Assembly: GCF_032444005.1 (NCBI RefSeq)
Contig: NC_091284.1
Location: 667,988,001-668,052,000 of the forward strand
From: Ranitomeya imitator
Lineage: Eukaryota
Direction: 5' to 3'
Length of the DNA stretch: 64,000 bases
The notes beneath the pieces are model-generated. The model made no database searches, was not told where the DNA came from, and was given only the letters and a program-made list of their open reading frames with translations. A program made the position numbers and the translations under genes. The first letter of the stretch is position 1. Each line of letters begins with the position of its first letter. Positions 37,649 to 49,703 of this stretch are shown here, in pieces.

Positions 37649-39048
37649 TAAAGCTTTAATCCAGTGCACACCATTACCACAAGTTAAATTTGGCAGGTGG
37701 GGGGTGCTAAGATTTAAAGGACAGGTGCACAATTTTGGCCAGATCTCTGTAGTTATGAGAAGACATCCTACCGATGAAGTGATAAGAGCCGGATTATTCC
37801 TTTAAGTGCTCTTGAATCAGCTCTCTATACAAAGCAATTCACCATCACTTCCCTGAGTGATCACTAAGGGTATGTTGACACAGTCAGGAAATGCTGCGGG
37901 TTGGAAGCTTCGTACAAACGCAGCGGCCAGATGTTACAGCATAATGGATGGCATTTGAAGAAATCCCGTCTCCACTATGTCTGCAGGGCCGCCTCTGGCT
38001 TCCCTGAAGAGACGGACATGTGGTGCGTCTTTCGAGACTGCAGCATGTCAATTTATCTTGCGGAGACACTCAGTCTCCGCAAGATAAATTTCCCATCCAA
38101 TGTATAGGACGCGGTGATTCCACACGGTTCAGTGAACACATGCGGAATCACCTTTGGATGCAGCACTTTGGACGGAGCGGACATGTGCTGCATCCAAAGC
38201 GCTGCCGGCTGCTGATCGTGGGAACATACCCTAGATCAAGCTCCTGTTCATAGATCTGGGCACGGCAACCACAAGTCGTCCTCCAATGCACTTATGGTAC
38301 TTGCCAGATAAGAAATTTACCTTCTCATTTTTTGCTGTTATGAAACCATAAACAAAGGCATATATCGACATTTCTCGTCCTCTTATCTAGAGTGGTTAGA
38401 AGTCAGGGTCAAAACTGCTGAAAAACTCCCCTTAAAATGCAAAGAATTTATAGAAATAATGTAAAACATAAATACAATGTATAACATGATATAATGTATA
38501 ACGTGTCCTTTATAATTAACAGCTGCCAATGAATTCTACACAAATCTTCAAGCAAAAATATTAGTTGCGTGCCATTGCCTGCTAGAGTTTCAGATTTATA
38601 ATGTTCCAAGTCATATGATCTCATCCAATATTCCTGTAAGAATTATCTATGTTCTGCCTCCAGTGCTTAGAAGGCCATGTGAATCTTGTTAGAGAAGCAG
38701 ATGTATAGGACAGTCTGGATATAAATTCTGTACGGAAAGAAGGACATGGACGAGAAGGCCTCTATATATTCCCTTTCACATCATAAATGATTGCTTAGTC
38801 CCTACCCCAAATAAATCAATGAGTCAACAGCCCTGCAAAATATGGTCCTGACAAGAAGAGGTTACCTGACAAATAAGTGACTAGACATTGCCCATCTGGT
38901 TGGGAGGATTAGAGAGATTAGGTCCTTCGCGGCCGCCGGTACAGCATGGACATGTGGGGCGGCTTTATCTGGGGCCTCAGATCATCCGGTGGGTTATCAT
39001 TGTACAGACATCTGGGGATACACAGGCAAAACACAATGTTGTTCTCAC

Positions 39049-39110
39049 CTCATATGTGAAGTCATACCCGGAAACTGGACGAGCGTGGGGTCCGCTGCAT
39101 GTCACCACAC
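39049..39110 (-). other. Candidate 62-nt 5'-UTR exon of NCKAP5L carrying uORFs
   Basis: Strong acceptor gtctgttttctgtgcag|G and donor GAG|gtgaga in unique (non-repeat) sequence upstream of the ATG exon. Confidence 0.6.
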
Positions 39111-39594
39111 CTGCACAGAAAACAGACTAGCATTACTTTTAAGCATCTATTATACACACACGCTTGGTGCAAGGTAAATATCTATTACTTAGCAGCCAGA
39201 GCGAACATCCTGGAAGCCATACCATTACTGCAGGAGCCAGGGGTCTAACCCTAGATCATTACTCCCTGGGGACCTTCATCACATCTGTTTGTGACCTCTT
39301 TAATGATGTGTGTCCTTTAAGCCATCCGCACGGTACAATGCACAGCATTACTGCTCCGGCCTTCTGGGCCATGCTGTAATTAAGTGCTTGACTCTGTATA
39401 ATGCAGAAGAACCTGATGAGCACAGCCATAACACCAGTTACCTTACATTACCCTTGTGCTTAGAAAGGACACTGCAGCGATCGACTGGCGCAAACGAGAA
39501 AATATAGCACTGGAGGAATACAGGCTGCTGCCGTGTGCATCAATATATATGCAATCATCTACAGAATTGTTCTATTTTGGGTCCAAAAGAGTTT

Positions 39595-39876
39595 GGGCCT
39601 GTGCACATACTGCAGTTTTATTGTTTAGTTTTTTTTTACTGCATAGATTTGGAAGAATTTCCTAGTATCAGCAAATATTATTCATGATGTCTCATGCACA
39701 CATTACTGATATTATGCTCGCCGCATGTCAATTCTTTCAGTGTTTTAGATTTCACCCATACTAATGAATAGGAAAAACATTTAAAAATGCATGAATTTTA
39801 TGCTGCATTTTTTGCCAACACATCAGGATTTGCAGCGGATTTTTATGTTCCAAATACTGAACATGTGCACATATCC
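39595..39876. mobile_element. Degenerate MITE
   Basis: gggcctgtgcacat ... atgtgcacatatcc taa; A/T-run-rich interior like the 50976 and 63182 copies. Confidence 0.5.
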
Positions 39877-40143
39877 TAAGCAAGTGAATGCAATCTAGAT
39901 ACAACTGTGCGTGCTACATACATGCGGCACTCACTACACAGGCAATCCCTTATGTTGGCAATATGGATCCCTAGATCATCAGCCAAAGATCACTTCATTT
40001 TGCCTCGTAGTAAATAGAACTACCGTATATAGCTCCTATTAGTGGATTTATCTGTCAGCAAGAACCTAAGCAAACACTGTATTTATTATTCTGGATCACA
40101 CTTTTATATTGGAATTTATGAGAGTCACTCAATAGTCTATATA

Positions 40144-40174
40144 TCTATATATATAATTGTCTAAGGGTTTTTCC

Positions 40175-40226
<52 letters not shown>

Positions 40227-40391
40227 TGGAAATCCCGGCTCTCTGATTGGTCGAGGCCGTCATAAAGGTTGCCTCAACCAATCAGCGACGGGCACCGTCT
40301 GCAGCGAATTCTGGAATCATCATTGGCCATATACTACGGGGACATGCATATTCTAGAATACCCGATGCGTTAGAATCGGGCCACAATCTAG
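40144..40391 (+). mobile_element. Short non-autonomous Helitron
   Basis: A|TC start; subterminal hairpin cccgat-gcgttaga-atcggg (40361-80); CTAG|T end; internal (TCTG)n. Confidence 0.85.
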
Positions 40392-40499
40392 TTAAATATA
40401 AAAGAGGCCAGAAGCATCTTATTAACAAATGTGAGGGGAAAAAAAATTTAATTTTAAAGGGGCTGATCAACTGAAAAAAAAATTCCTTTAATATTGTTA

Positions 40500-41760
40500 A
40501 TTTTTATTGCTATAGCACCAACATATTCAACAGCAGTTTACATTACAGAGGGGACTTGTACAGACAATGAACACAACAGAGTAAACAACTCATCTGCTAC
40601 CAAGTGGAGTGAGGGCCCTGCTCACAATCTACAATCTATGGGAAAATGGGGGAGACATGAAAGATGAATGGTAAAAAGTGCTTGTGTTGCAAGATCCATC
40701 CATCAACATAATAAATCAGGTATTCACAAAACACTGAATGTACCAGTCATCAGCCAGTATCTGAATAAGTACAAAAGTGCTGCTAAGTGATTGGAGGACG
40801 TCTAAACAAATGATATGAAGGATCAGATTTGGAAAATTGTGGAAGGGCAGAACTGAAATAGTTACATAAGTGAGGTGAGCCAATAGGCCAGTCTAAAGAA
40901 GTGCATTTTTAGGGCACGCGTAAAACTGTGGAATTAATCGCGTTGAATTGTCCTGGGTAATACATTCCAGAGAAGTGGCGCAGCTCGAGAGAAGTCTTGA
41001 AGACAAGAATGGGAGGTTCGGATTATTGTGAATGTTAGGCTGGAGACACATTAGCATATTACATCTGATGCAAGAGGATTGGATGCAATATATTTATGAC
41101 TCGGCTCCTTCTTGCATGAGACGATGGCAGAACAGCTGCATTCGAGGGAATCAAACTGCCGGGTGACAGAGTGCAGTGTAATGTTTCACACGCATCCATC
41201 GACTTATATGGGTGCGTGCGATCCATCTGACTGATGCAATCGCAGAATACTGAAATTGTTTTCTCATGTCGAATTGATTCCAATCAAAGTGACATGAAGC
41301 AGAGGGAATGGTTAGGGTGATAAACAGAAATGAGGGAGGAGAAGTAGGGTGGGGCAGAACTGTGGAGAACTTTGTGGGCGAGAGAAGTTTATACTGGACT
41401 CCGTAGTGGATGGGCAACCAGTGCAACAACTGGCACAGGGTAGAGGTATCGGTGTAGTGGTTGGACAGGAAAATCATTCTGACTGCTGCATTCAGGACAG
41501 ATTAGAGATGGGAAAGTTTAGTAACGGAGACAGATTAGTAAAGAGTTGCAGTAGTCCAGATGAGAATGAATACTTTTTGCAGAGTCAAGAAAAGGTCAAA
41601 GACTAGAGACATTTTTGAGGTGTAAGTGAAGTGAACGAGCGAGTGATTGGATGTGGGGAGTGAAGGAAAGATCAGAGTTAAATATAACCCCAAGACAGCG
41701 AGTGTGCTGTAGGGAGTAATGGTAGGATAGTTAATATATGTACATTACTAAGTTGAAATT
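40500..41760 (-). mobile_element. L2 (CR1/L2 clade) LINE 3' fragment, with a MITE piece inserted at ~41030-41290
   Basis: Minus-strand LHWLPIHYGVQYKLL; gacttctctcgagctgcgccacttctctggaat; 3' tail atgttggtgctatagcaataaaaa. Confidence 0.8.
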
Positions 41761-42167
41761 TAAAAGAAATTTTACATTTTGAATTGAGTAACTCGGGAGA
41801 GTTTTGGGTATCGGCACGTGACAAGTATTGTGAGATAAGGGGACTGGTTGACTTATTCACATAGCTAACTAGTTAAAGAGAACCCATCAGCTGCTCAAAT
41901 GGTGGCCAGCACAATTTCAGCCAGGTATATTATGCTCCAACATTTCAGAGAAAATATACTATCAAGATCCAGCTGGGGTCTAAACTCTGGTTTTGCCTCT
42001 GGCCAACTCTTCCTAGAGATGCTAAAAGTGATTGACAGGTCTCCCCCTTGTGTGTACAGTGGACAGAGCCAGACTAGTCTCCTCTTTAGCTATGGACATA
42101 TGGTCACTGACCAGATTTTCAAAGTATTTGCTCTATGAAACTGCAGAATGTGTCAAAGAAAAACATA

Positions 42168-43769
42168 CAGTGGGGCAAAAAAGTATTTAGTCAGTCAGCA
42201 ATAGTGCAAGTTCCACCACTTAAAAAGATGAGAGGCGTCTGTAATTTACATCATAGGTAGACCTCAACTATGGGAGACAAACTGAGAAAAAAAATCCTGA
42301 AAATCACATTGTCTGTTTTTTTAACATTTTATTTGCATATTATGGTGGAAAATAAGTATTTGGTCAGAAACAAAATTTCATCTCAATACTTTGTAATATA
42401 TCCTTTGTTGGCAATGACAGAGGTCAAACGTTTTCTGTAAGTCTTCACAAGGTTGCCACACACTGTTGTTGGTATGTTGGCCCATTCCTCCATGCAGATC
42501 TCCTCTAGAGCAGTGATGTTTTTGGCTTTCCCTTGGCAACACGGACTTTCAACTTCCTCCAAAGGTTTTCTTTAGGGTTGAGATCTGGAGACTGGCTAGG
42601 CCACTCCAGGACCTTGAAATGCTTCTTACGAAGCCACTCCTTCGTTGCCCTGGAGGTGTGCTTTGGATCATTGTCATGTTGAAAGACCCAGCTACGTTTC
42701 ATCTTTAATGCCCTTGCTGATGGAAGGAGGTTTGCACTCAAAAGCTCACGATACATGGCCCCATTCATTCTCTCATGTACCCGGATCAGTCGTCCTGGCC
42801 CCTTTGCAGAGAAACAGTCCCAAAGCATGATGTTTCCACCACCATGCTTTACAGTAGGTATGGTGTTTGATGGATGCAACTCAGTATTCTTTTTCCTCCA
42901 AACATGACAAGTTGTGTTTCTACCAAACAGTTCCAGTTTGGTTTCATCAGACCATAGGACATTCTCCCAAAACTCCTCTGGATCATCCAAATGCTCTCTA
43001 GCAAACTTCAGACGGGCCCGGACATGTACTGGCTTAAGCAGTGGGACACGTCTGCCACTGCAGGATCTGAGTCCATGGTGGCGTAGTGTGTTACTTATGG
43101 TAGGCCTTGTTACATTGGTCCCAGCTCTCTGCAGTTCATTCACTAGGTCCCCCCGCGTGGTTCTGGGATTTTTGCTCACCGTTCTTGTGATCATTCTGAC
43201 CCCACGGGGTGGGATTTTGCGTGGAGCTCCAGATCGAGGGAGATTATCAGTGGTCTTGTATGTCTTCCATTTTCTAATTATTGCTCCTACTGTTGATTTC
43301 TTCACTCCAAGCTGGTTGGCTATTGCAGATTCAGTCTTCCCAGCCTGGTGCAGGGCTACAATTTTGTTTCTGGTGTCCTTTGACAGCTCTTTGGTCTTCA
43401 CCATAGTGGAGTTTGGAGTCAGACTGTTTGAGGGTGTGCACAGGTGTCTTTTTATACTGATAACAAGTTTAAACAGGTGCCATTACTACAGGTAATGAGT
43501 GGAGGAAAGAGGAGACTCTTAAAGAAGAAGTTACAGGTCTGTGAGAGCCAGAAATCTTGATTGTTTGTTTCTGACCAAATACTTATTTCCCACCATAATA
43601 TGCAAAAAAAATGATAAAAAAACAGAATGTGATTTTCTGGATTTTTTTTTCTCAGTTTGTCTCCCATAGTTGAGGTCTAACTATGATGTAAATTACAGAC
43701 GCCTCTCATCTTTTTAAGTGGTGGAACTTGCACTATTGCTGACTGACTAAATACTTTTTTGCCCCACTG
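42168..43769 (-). mobile_element. Tc1 transposon, full length (1602 bp), young
   Basis: TA TSDs; ~200-bp nearly identical TIRs cagtggggcaaaaaagtatttagtcagtc. Confidence 0.97.
42383..43404 (-). pseudogene. DD34E Tc1 transposase with one frameshift near 42530
   Basis: WSDETK / FQHDNDPKH / SPDLNPKE (34-residue spacing). The normal C-terminus ([13 protein letters not shown]...NKGYITKY*) lies in another frame. Confidence 0.92.
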
Positions 43770-44479
43770 TATCTGGCTGCAATTGTACCGCCAGGCTACG
43801 ATTCATGCTGGCCGTGGCTTCATTTGCACAAATCACCTGACAGGTTCTCTAAAAGCAAGCCCCCTTTTCTGTCTATGCATGAAAGGGGCGGTCTAGCTAA
43901 TTAACTGAGGCAAACATAGAGCCTCTGACACATCATACTGGAGCACAGAACACATGCTGTGCTGAACACAAGCAGAAAGTGGAGCTGCCAGGATCGGCAC
44001 AAATATCCAGAGATGGAGAGACATTTATTATAGGGTTATTTGGTTAGTCCCATCTTCATAGATGGATATCGTTGGATAGTGCTTGAACTTTTGCAATCTA
44101 CTATTTAAAAAAAAAAAATTCAGCTGTTCTTGGCATATTAACACTTTTCTTTTGCCTACAGCTTTTCAACCACCTCTGTTGCCTAGCTTGTAAATGCTAC
44201 ACAGATGGGATTAGGTGGTAATATGCACTCCAGCAATCCCAGTAGTTACAAGCTCAATAGAAAAGAGCTTGAAAGCACCGTGCATGTTCGGCCATAGCTG
44301 CTAGACAGGAATAGTGGTCAGTTATATAAGCAACAAGCTACAAAAGAAAAAAAAGGATTACAATTATTAGTTGTTCTTGAGATATTAACAAACCGTAAAT
44401 CGCAAACATGCTTGTTTCTACAAGCACAACCCAACAATACCCATCTATGGAGATGGAGATAACCTAGGGATTAAGTCAA

Positions 44480-44882
44480 GCCTGCAAAGGCAATGTCATG
44501 ACCCAAGCAATGTTCCGCAGAAAATCCTTGGGTCCTGACATTCTTGCGGGTGGAACCAGATACTTAAACATTGTTGCAGATAAAGTGCTACAACTCTTCA
44601 TTCATAACACTATTCACTAATCTCTGCAGCCTCCTTCAGCAGAAAATGTGTCCTGCTGCTGTGTAAACATTTTTCAGCAACAGCTTTGCCGAACACAATA
44701 AAGTAGCTGTGGACTTGGCCTCCAAATTTCCCAGAGAACAATTCAATTGAGCATCTGTATATATGGTATGGTGGAAGAACGCCTGTCCTTGGAGGATCTA
44801 CTTCACAAAACTACAGGTCTTGGTGCATGGAGCATATGCTTCGACACATCAAAGCGGTTTTAAATTTATCACATAGCAGTGT
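44480..44882 (+). mobile_element. Old Tc1/mariner transposase remnant
   Basis: Plus strand reads WPPNFPENNSIEHL, like WPPNSPDLNPIEHLW. Confidence 0.5.
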
Positions 44883-46290
44883 ATATTGTGCATTGTAATT
44901 ATTCTTGACATTCATGGTTTATTATTTGGTAATAGATCAGGGGAACGAACAATAAGAGGGCAACGCATGACAGAATCTGGAAATTAAGAGCTATACACGT
45001 ATGTAAAATGGATAAAATAATCCAAAGCTAAAAAAATTAAAGTTTTAATTTACAGTTTGAAATAAAATATTGATCAGCAAATAAGGGAAGCAACGAGCCT
45101 TTTGGCAGCTCCGAGCAGGGCTGTCACTTGATGACCATGATCACGTATTCAGCCCCTGTCCTTCCATCAGTTTGGTGCTGTTAGGAATGCCAGTGATATC
45201 TCGGAACGCTGCATTGCAGACACCCCTAGCACATCCAGCACCACTCCTCCACCCCATGTAAGTACACATCAGAGGCCAGCTCCAGGGAGTTTTTGCCCTG
45301 TATACTGGAGTAATGCAGCGTGCCGGTGACATGAGGACATTCTAAAAAGAATGTGAGAGCTTTCGATCTGACCTGAAAACTGCACGCAGGAAGGGACAGG
45401 ATCACAGCCCAATCCGAGCAGCGAATGTATGTGCCAATGGATAGGAGAATAGCACAGAACTCTGTGGCAACACCATTACATTACCAGTCATTAATGTGAT
45501 TGACAAAGTACTTCAATAAAAACCATAATATGCGCCATCTACAGCAAATTGCTATCCAATGGGTTCTTAAGCTACCGGTACCCGGTTATGCATTAATGCA
45601 GTGTCACTGGAAGACTCTACAAAAAACTATAACGGGATAAATCAAAATTTACTATCCTAGTTATGCATAAAACTAAAAGACCAAGTAATTCACCTGCAGC
45701 ATTCTAGGTAGAGTATCAAATGCTCGACTGTGAAAAAACTAACAAAGTCAATAAATGGTATATCAAACAACTACTCAAAGAGCGTGTTAGTATTTTTTCC
45801 TCATATCTAACTACTGAAAAGTGATCACCATGACTGCAACCAACAAAGTTAAAGCAGTGGCATCACTTATTTCTGCAAAGCAGATTACATACACTAAGTT
45901 CAACCGAGAGAGAGAAAGGAAAGGGGTGTCCCCCTTATTGTTGATTTAGAGGAAGGCAAAAGAAAAAAAAAATCTGTCCAATATGGAAATGGTCATGTTC
46001 TCAATCCCAATGTATATTATATGTTCAACTGTAGGTCATCTTTTGCTTGATACTACACAAAACTATGGAGAACCTTAAGTCCACCAACCTTTACGTATCC
46101 TGCAACATCCAAAATGATGATGAGGGGGGACGAGTCTGCACAGGGAATGTATAGACAGAAATAAAATCCTTACAGGATGGGAAGGTAGTTTGTTAATTAA
46201 ATGTAAATGACAACATTCATGCAATAATGCTATAAAGGGGAGAACAACATCAATCAAGGGAATTACCAGACAGGGTCCATGGAAACAATA

Positions 46291-47892
46291 CAGGTCCTTC
46301 TCAAAAAATTAGCATATAGTGTTAAATTTCATTATTTACCATAATGTAATGATTACAATTAAACTTTCATATATTATAGATTCATTATCCACCAACTGAA
46401 ATTTGTCAGGTCTTTTATTGTTTTAATACTGATGATTTTGGCATACAACTCCTGATAACCCAAAAAACCTGTCTCAATAAATTAGCATATTTCACCCATC
46501 CAATCAAATAAAAGTGTTTTTTAATAACAAACAAAAAAACCAACAAATAATAATGTTCAGTTATGCACTCAATACTTGGTCGGGAATCCTTTGGCAGAAA
46601 TGACTGCTTCAATGCGGCGTGGCATGGAGGCAATCAGCCTGTGACACTGCTGAGATGTTATGGAGGCCCAGGATGCTTCAATAGCGGCCTTAAGCTCATC
46701 CAGAGTGTTGGGTCTTGCGTCTCTCAACTTTCTCTTCACAATATCCCACAGATTCTCTATGGGGTTCAGGTCAGGAGAGTTGGCAGGCCAATTGAGCACA
46801 GTAATACCATGGTCAGTAAACCATTTACCAGTGGTTTTGGCACTGTGAGCAGGTGCCAGGTCGTGCTGAAAAATGAAATCTTCATCTCCATAAAGCATTT
46901 CAGCCGATGGAAGCATGAAGTGCTCCAAAATCTCCTGATAGCTAGCTGCATTGACCCTGCCCTTGATGAAACACAGTGGACCAACACCAGCAGCTGACAT
47001 GGCACCCCACACCATCACTGACTGTGGGTACTTGACACTGGACTTCAGGCATTTTGGCATTTCCTTCTCCCCAGTCTTCCTCCAGACTCTGGCACCTTGA
47101 TTTCCGAATGACATGCAAAATTTGCTTTCATCAGAAAAAAGTACTTGGGACCACTTAGCAACAGTCCAGTGCTGCTTCTCTGTAGCCCAGGTCAGGTGCC
47201 TCTGCCGCGGTTTATGGTTCAAAAGTGGCTTTACCTGGGGAATGCGGCACCTGTAGCCCATTTCCTGCACACGCCTGTGCACGGTGGCTCTGGATGTTTC
47301 CACACCAGACTCAGTCCACTGCTTCCTCAGGTTCCCCAAGGTCTGGAATCGGTCCTTCTCCACAATCTTCCTCAGGGTCCGGTCTCCTCTTCTCGTTGTA
47401 CAGCGTTTTCTGCCACATTGTTTCCTTCCAACAGACTTACCATTGAGGTGCCTTGATACAGCACTCTGGGAACAGCCTATTTGTTGAGAAATTTCTTTCT
47501 GGGTCTTACCCTCTTGCTTGAGGGTGTCAATGATGGCCTTCTTGACATCTGTCAGGTCGCTAGTCTTACCCATGATGGGGGTTTTGAGTAATGAACCAGG
47601 CAGGGAGTTTATAAAAGCCTCAGGTATCTTTTGCATGTGTTTAGAGTTAATTAGTTGATTCAGAAGATTAGGGTAATAGGTCGTTTAGAGAACCTTTTCT
47701 TGATATGCTAATTTATTGAGACAGGTTTTTTGGGTTGTATGCCAAAATCATCAGTATTAAAACAATAAAAGACCTGACAAATTTCAGTTGGTGGATAATG
47801 AATCTATAATATATGAAAGTTTAATTGTAATCATTACATTATGGTAAATAATGAAATTTAACACTATATGCTAATTTTTTGAGAAGGACCTG
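46291..47892 (-). mobile_element. Tc1 (Minos-like, IR/DR) transposon, full length, intact ORF
   Basis: TA TSDs; ~200-bp TIRs identical except a 10-bp deletion; inner and outer repeat aattagcatat. Confidence 0.97.
46569..47573 (-). CDS. DD34E Tc1 transposase, 334 aa (MGKTSDLTDVKK...)
   Basis: Uninterrupted ORF; HTH region with GRKRCT; FSDESK, FQHDLAPAH, SPDLNPIE with exactly 34 residues between D and E. Confidence 0.93.
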   Translation of the reverse strand: MGKTSDLTDVKKAIIDTLKQEGKTQKEISQQIGCSQSAVSRHLNGKSVGRKQCGRKRCTTRRGDRTLRKIVEKDRFQTLGNLRKQWTESGVETSRATVHRRVQEMGYRCRIPQVKPLLNHKPRQRHLTWATEKQHWTVAKWSQVLFSDESKFCMSFGNQGARVWRKTGEKEMPKCLKSSVKYPQSVMVWGAMSAAGVGPLCFIKGRVNAASYQEILEHFMLPSAEMLYGDEDFIFQHDLAPAHSAKTTGKWFTDHGITVLNWPANSPDLNPIENLWDIVKRKLRDARPNTLDELKAAIEASWASITSQQCHRLIASMPRRIEAVISAKGFPTKY

Positions 47893-49203
47893 TATTTGTG
47901 AGATTGTGAGTTGGGGGCATTATGAAAAGTGATGACTTTGCTTACTGCAGTGTCCTCAGGGGACCGACTAAACTTCTCAGACACCGCAAGACATCACACT
48001 CGCATACCACAAGTTCCAACCTGTCAGAAAGACACTAAACCAAGTGTCCTTTAGCTACAAAATATAATGAGCCCATACTGTGTGCAATGCACTAAGCCTT
48101 GTATATACCTAGCAAGCATTACCATTAAAAAAGCCTTTGCTGCAATGTTAGCCATTAAAAGCACTGTGTCTATTAAGCATTGCACAGAGCCGAAGCTCCA
48201 GACCATTACAGTTATGTTTAATGTGAAAAAATGAATGCTATGGATGTGACCCTATGTATCTGCAAGGCAGGAGACAAAATTAATGGCTGGAAGTCTTCGG
48301 AATTAGAGTGACACCATTATTGCTAGTATAATCATAATCACTGTATTGCTTAGGCACGTAAACATTAAATCAGTGCCACGGAATTGCAAAGCACTGCAAC
48401 CAAAGCACTGCAACAGATGTGCCACTCATCCATAACATCTCTGACCTTAACCCACTGCAGTCCGGCATAAATAGTGAGGGCCAACTTTACATGTTCAGAA
48501 CCGCAGGGCAGAGATTGGCAAAAAAGGGGTAGAAGGATAAACAATTTTGTTCTAAATTCTGCAGATATGAACGGCACTGGCTTAAGGGTTAAAAAAAATA
48601 ATCCAATTTATATGGAAGACTCTGCAGTGCAAAAGGCAGAGTGCCAATAAACCAGGAATGTGTTCTTCACACAGAAACTGGTGGCACCGGGAGGGGGGAC
48701 GACAAATGTAATGTAGAGGAATAAGTGACCTTGTGAGCCGCAGTTATCCTGAAGGCTAAAAGAAAAATGTATTTTAGTAATACAGAAAAGTTGATACTAT
48801 GTATGCTGCCTGAATAGTATACAGGAAGCCTGATAAATACATATATGTGTGTACACACACGACATAACAGATCACACGGGGGAAAGTCTGAAAAGAGGTA
48901 GAGATCAAAGATTAGCGGGGCATTCGCACCACCATGCCCACATCTAGGAACCCTAAAATTGTAATTGCACATGGTTTATTACACATCAAACAGGATAACC
49001 AACCCCAAACGTGGCATAGTCACTGCAGTGTAGGAACACATGGCTATGACAATTAGAAACAGACAGGCAGTATTTGCCCCCTTTCCTTATCTTGTCAGGA
49101 TAATTGGGAAAAGATCTAAAGGAAAAAGGTCACAAACATGTGTGTCTTCATTGTCAGGCTAAAAAGGTACTGTGGGAAGACGCACAACCTACGGGGGTGG
49201 TCA

Positions 49204-49404
49204 GTCTCGTCTGCCACACAACCTGCCTCGTCCACCAGACAACCTGCCTCGTCCACCGCACAACCTGCCTCGTCCACCGCACAACCTGTCTCGTCTGCCA
49301 CACAACCTGCCTCGTCCACCGCACAACCTGCCTCGTCCACCGCACAACCTGTCTCGTCTGCCACACAACCTGCCTCGTCCACCGCACAACCTGCCTCGTC
49401 CACT
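49204..49404. repeat. 21-bp minisatellite (~9.5 copies) with 63-bp higher-order period
   Basis: cacaacctgcctcgtccaccg; the variant gtctcgtctgcca recurs in a mostly three-unit pattern. Confidence 0.93.
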
Positions 49405-49703
49405 GCCTGCCTGCTTACATCCCATTGTAAATCCAGGGGGCCATGACAATACCCTGCAGAAAGTTTATTACGCATTATAGAGCCTCATCGGTGATATATT
49501 CCGATACCAAACTGTAGGCCATTGTTCGCATCCAAGGAAATATGCATAGAAGTTGGCAGTGCCACCATTTGTATACAAGCAGACTTTGAGGGGGGTCTAT
49601 GCTGCTGGGGGGGCCTGCAGGGACAAAACAGTGACGGTCATCTAAATCCAAAAACATGAGTAATTAGGGAAGGGAATGAGTGGAAATACCAGTGCCAACT
49701 CAC

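Noticed and set aside
38866-39048. Alternative donor CAG|gtaacc extending the 62-nt exon
   Set aside because: Plausible but unsupported; the nearer GAG|gtgaga gives a typical short exon.
45140-45372. Possible extra 5'-UTR exon (acceptor gttttcag|GTCAG at ~45372)
   Set aside because: No convincing donor and no supporting homology.
46563-46997. 144-aa and other antisense ORFs in the Tc1 elements
   Set aside because: Shadow frames of transposase genes.
48451-48588. piggyBac-like MITE (TTAA CCC...GGG TTAA)
   Set aside because: TIR similarity beyond 3 bp is too weak to call.
49104-49480. Six overlapping ORFs
   Set aside because: The 21-bp repeat lacks stop codons; no coding signal.
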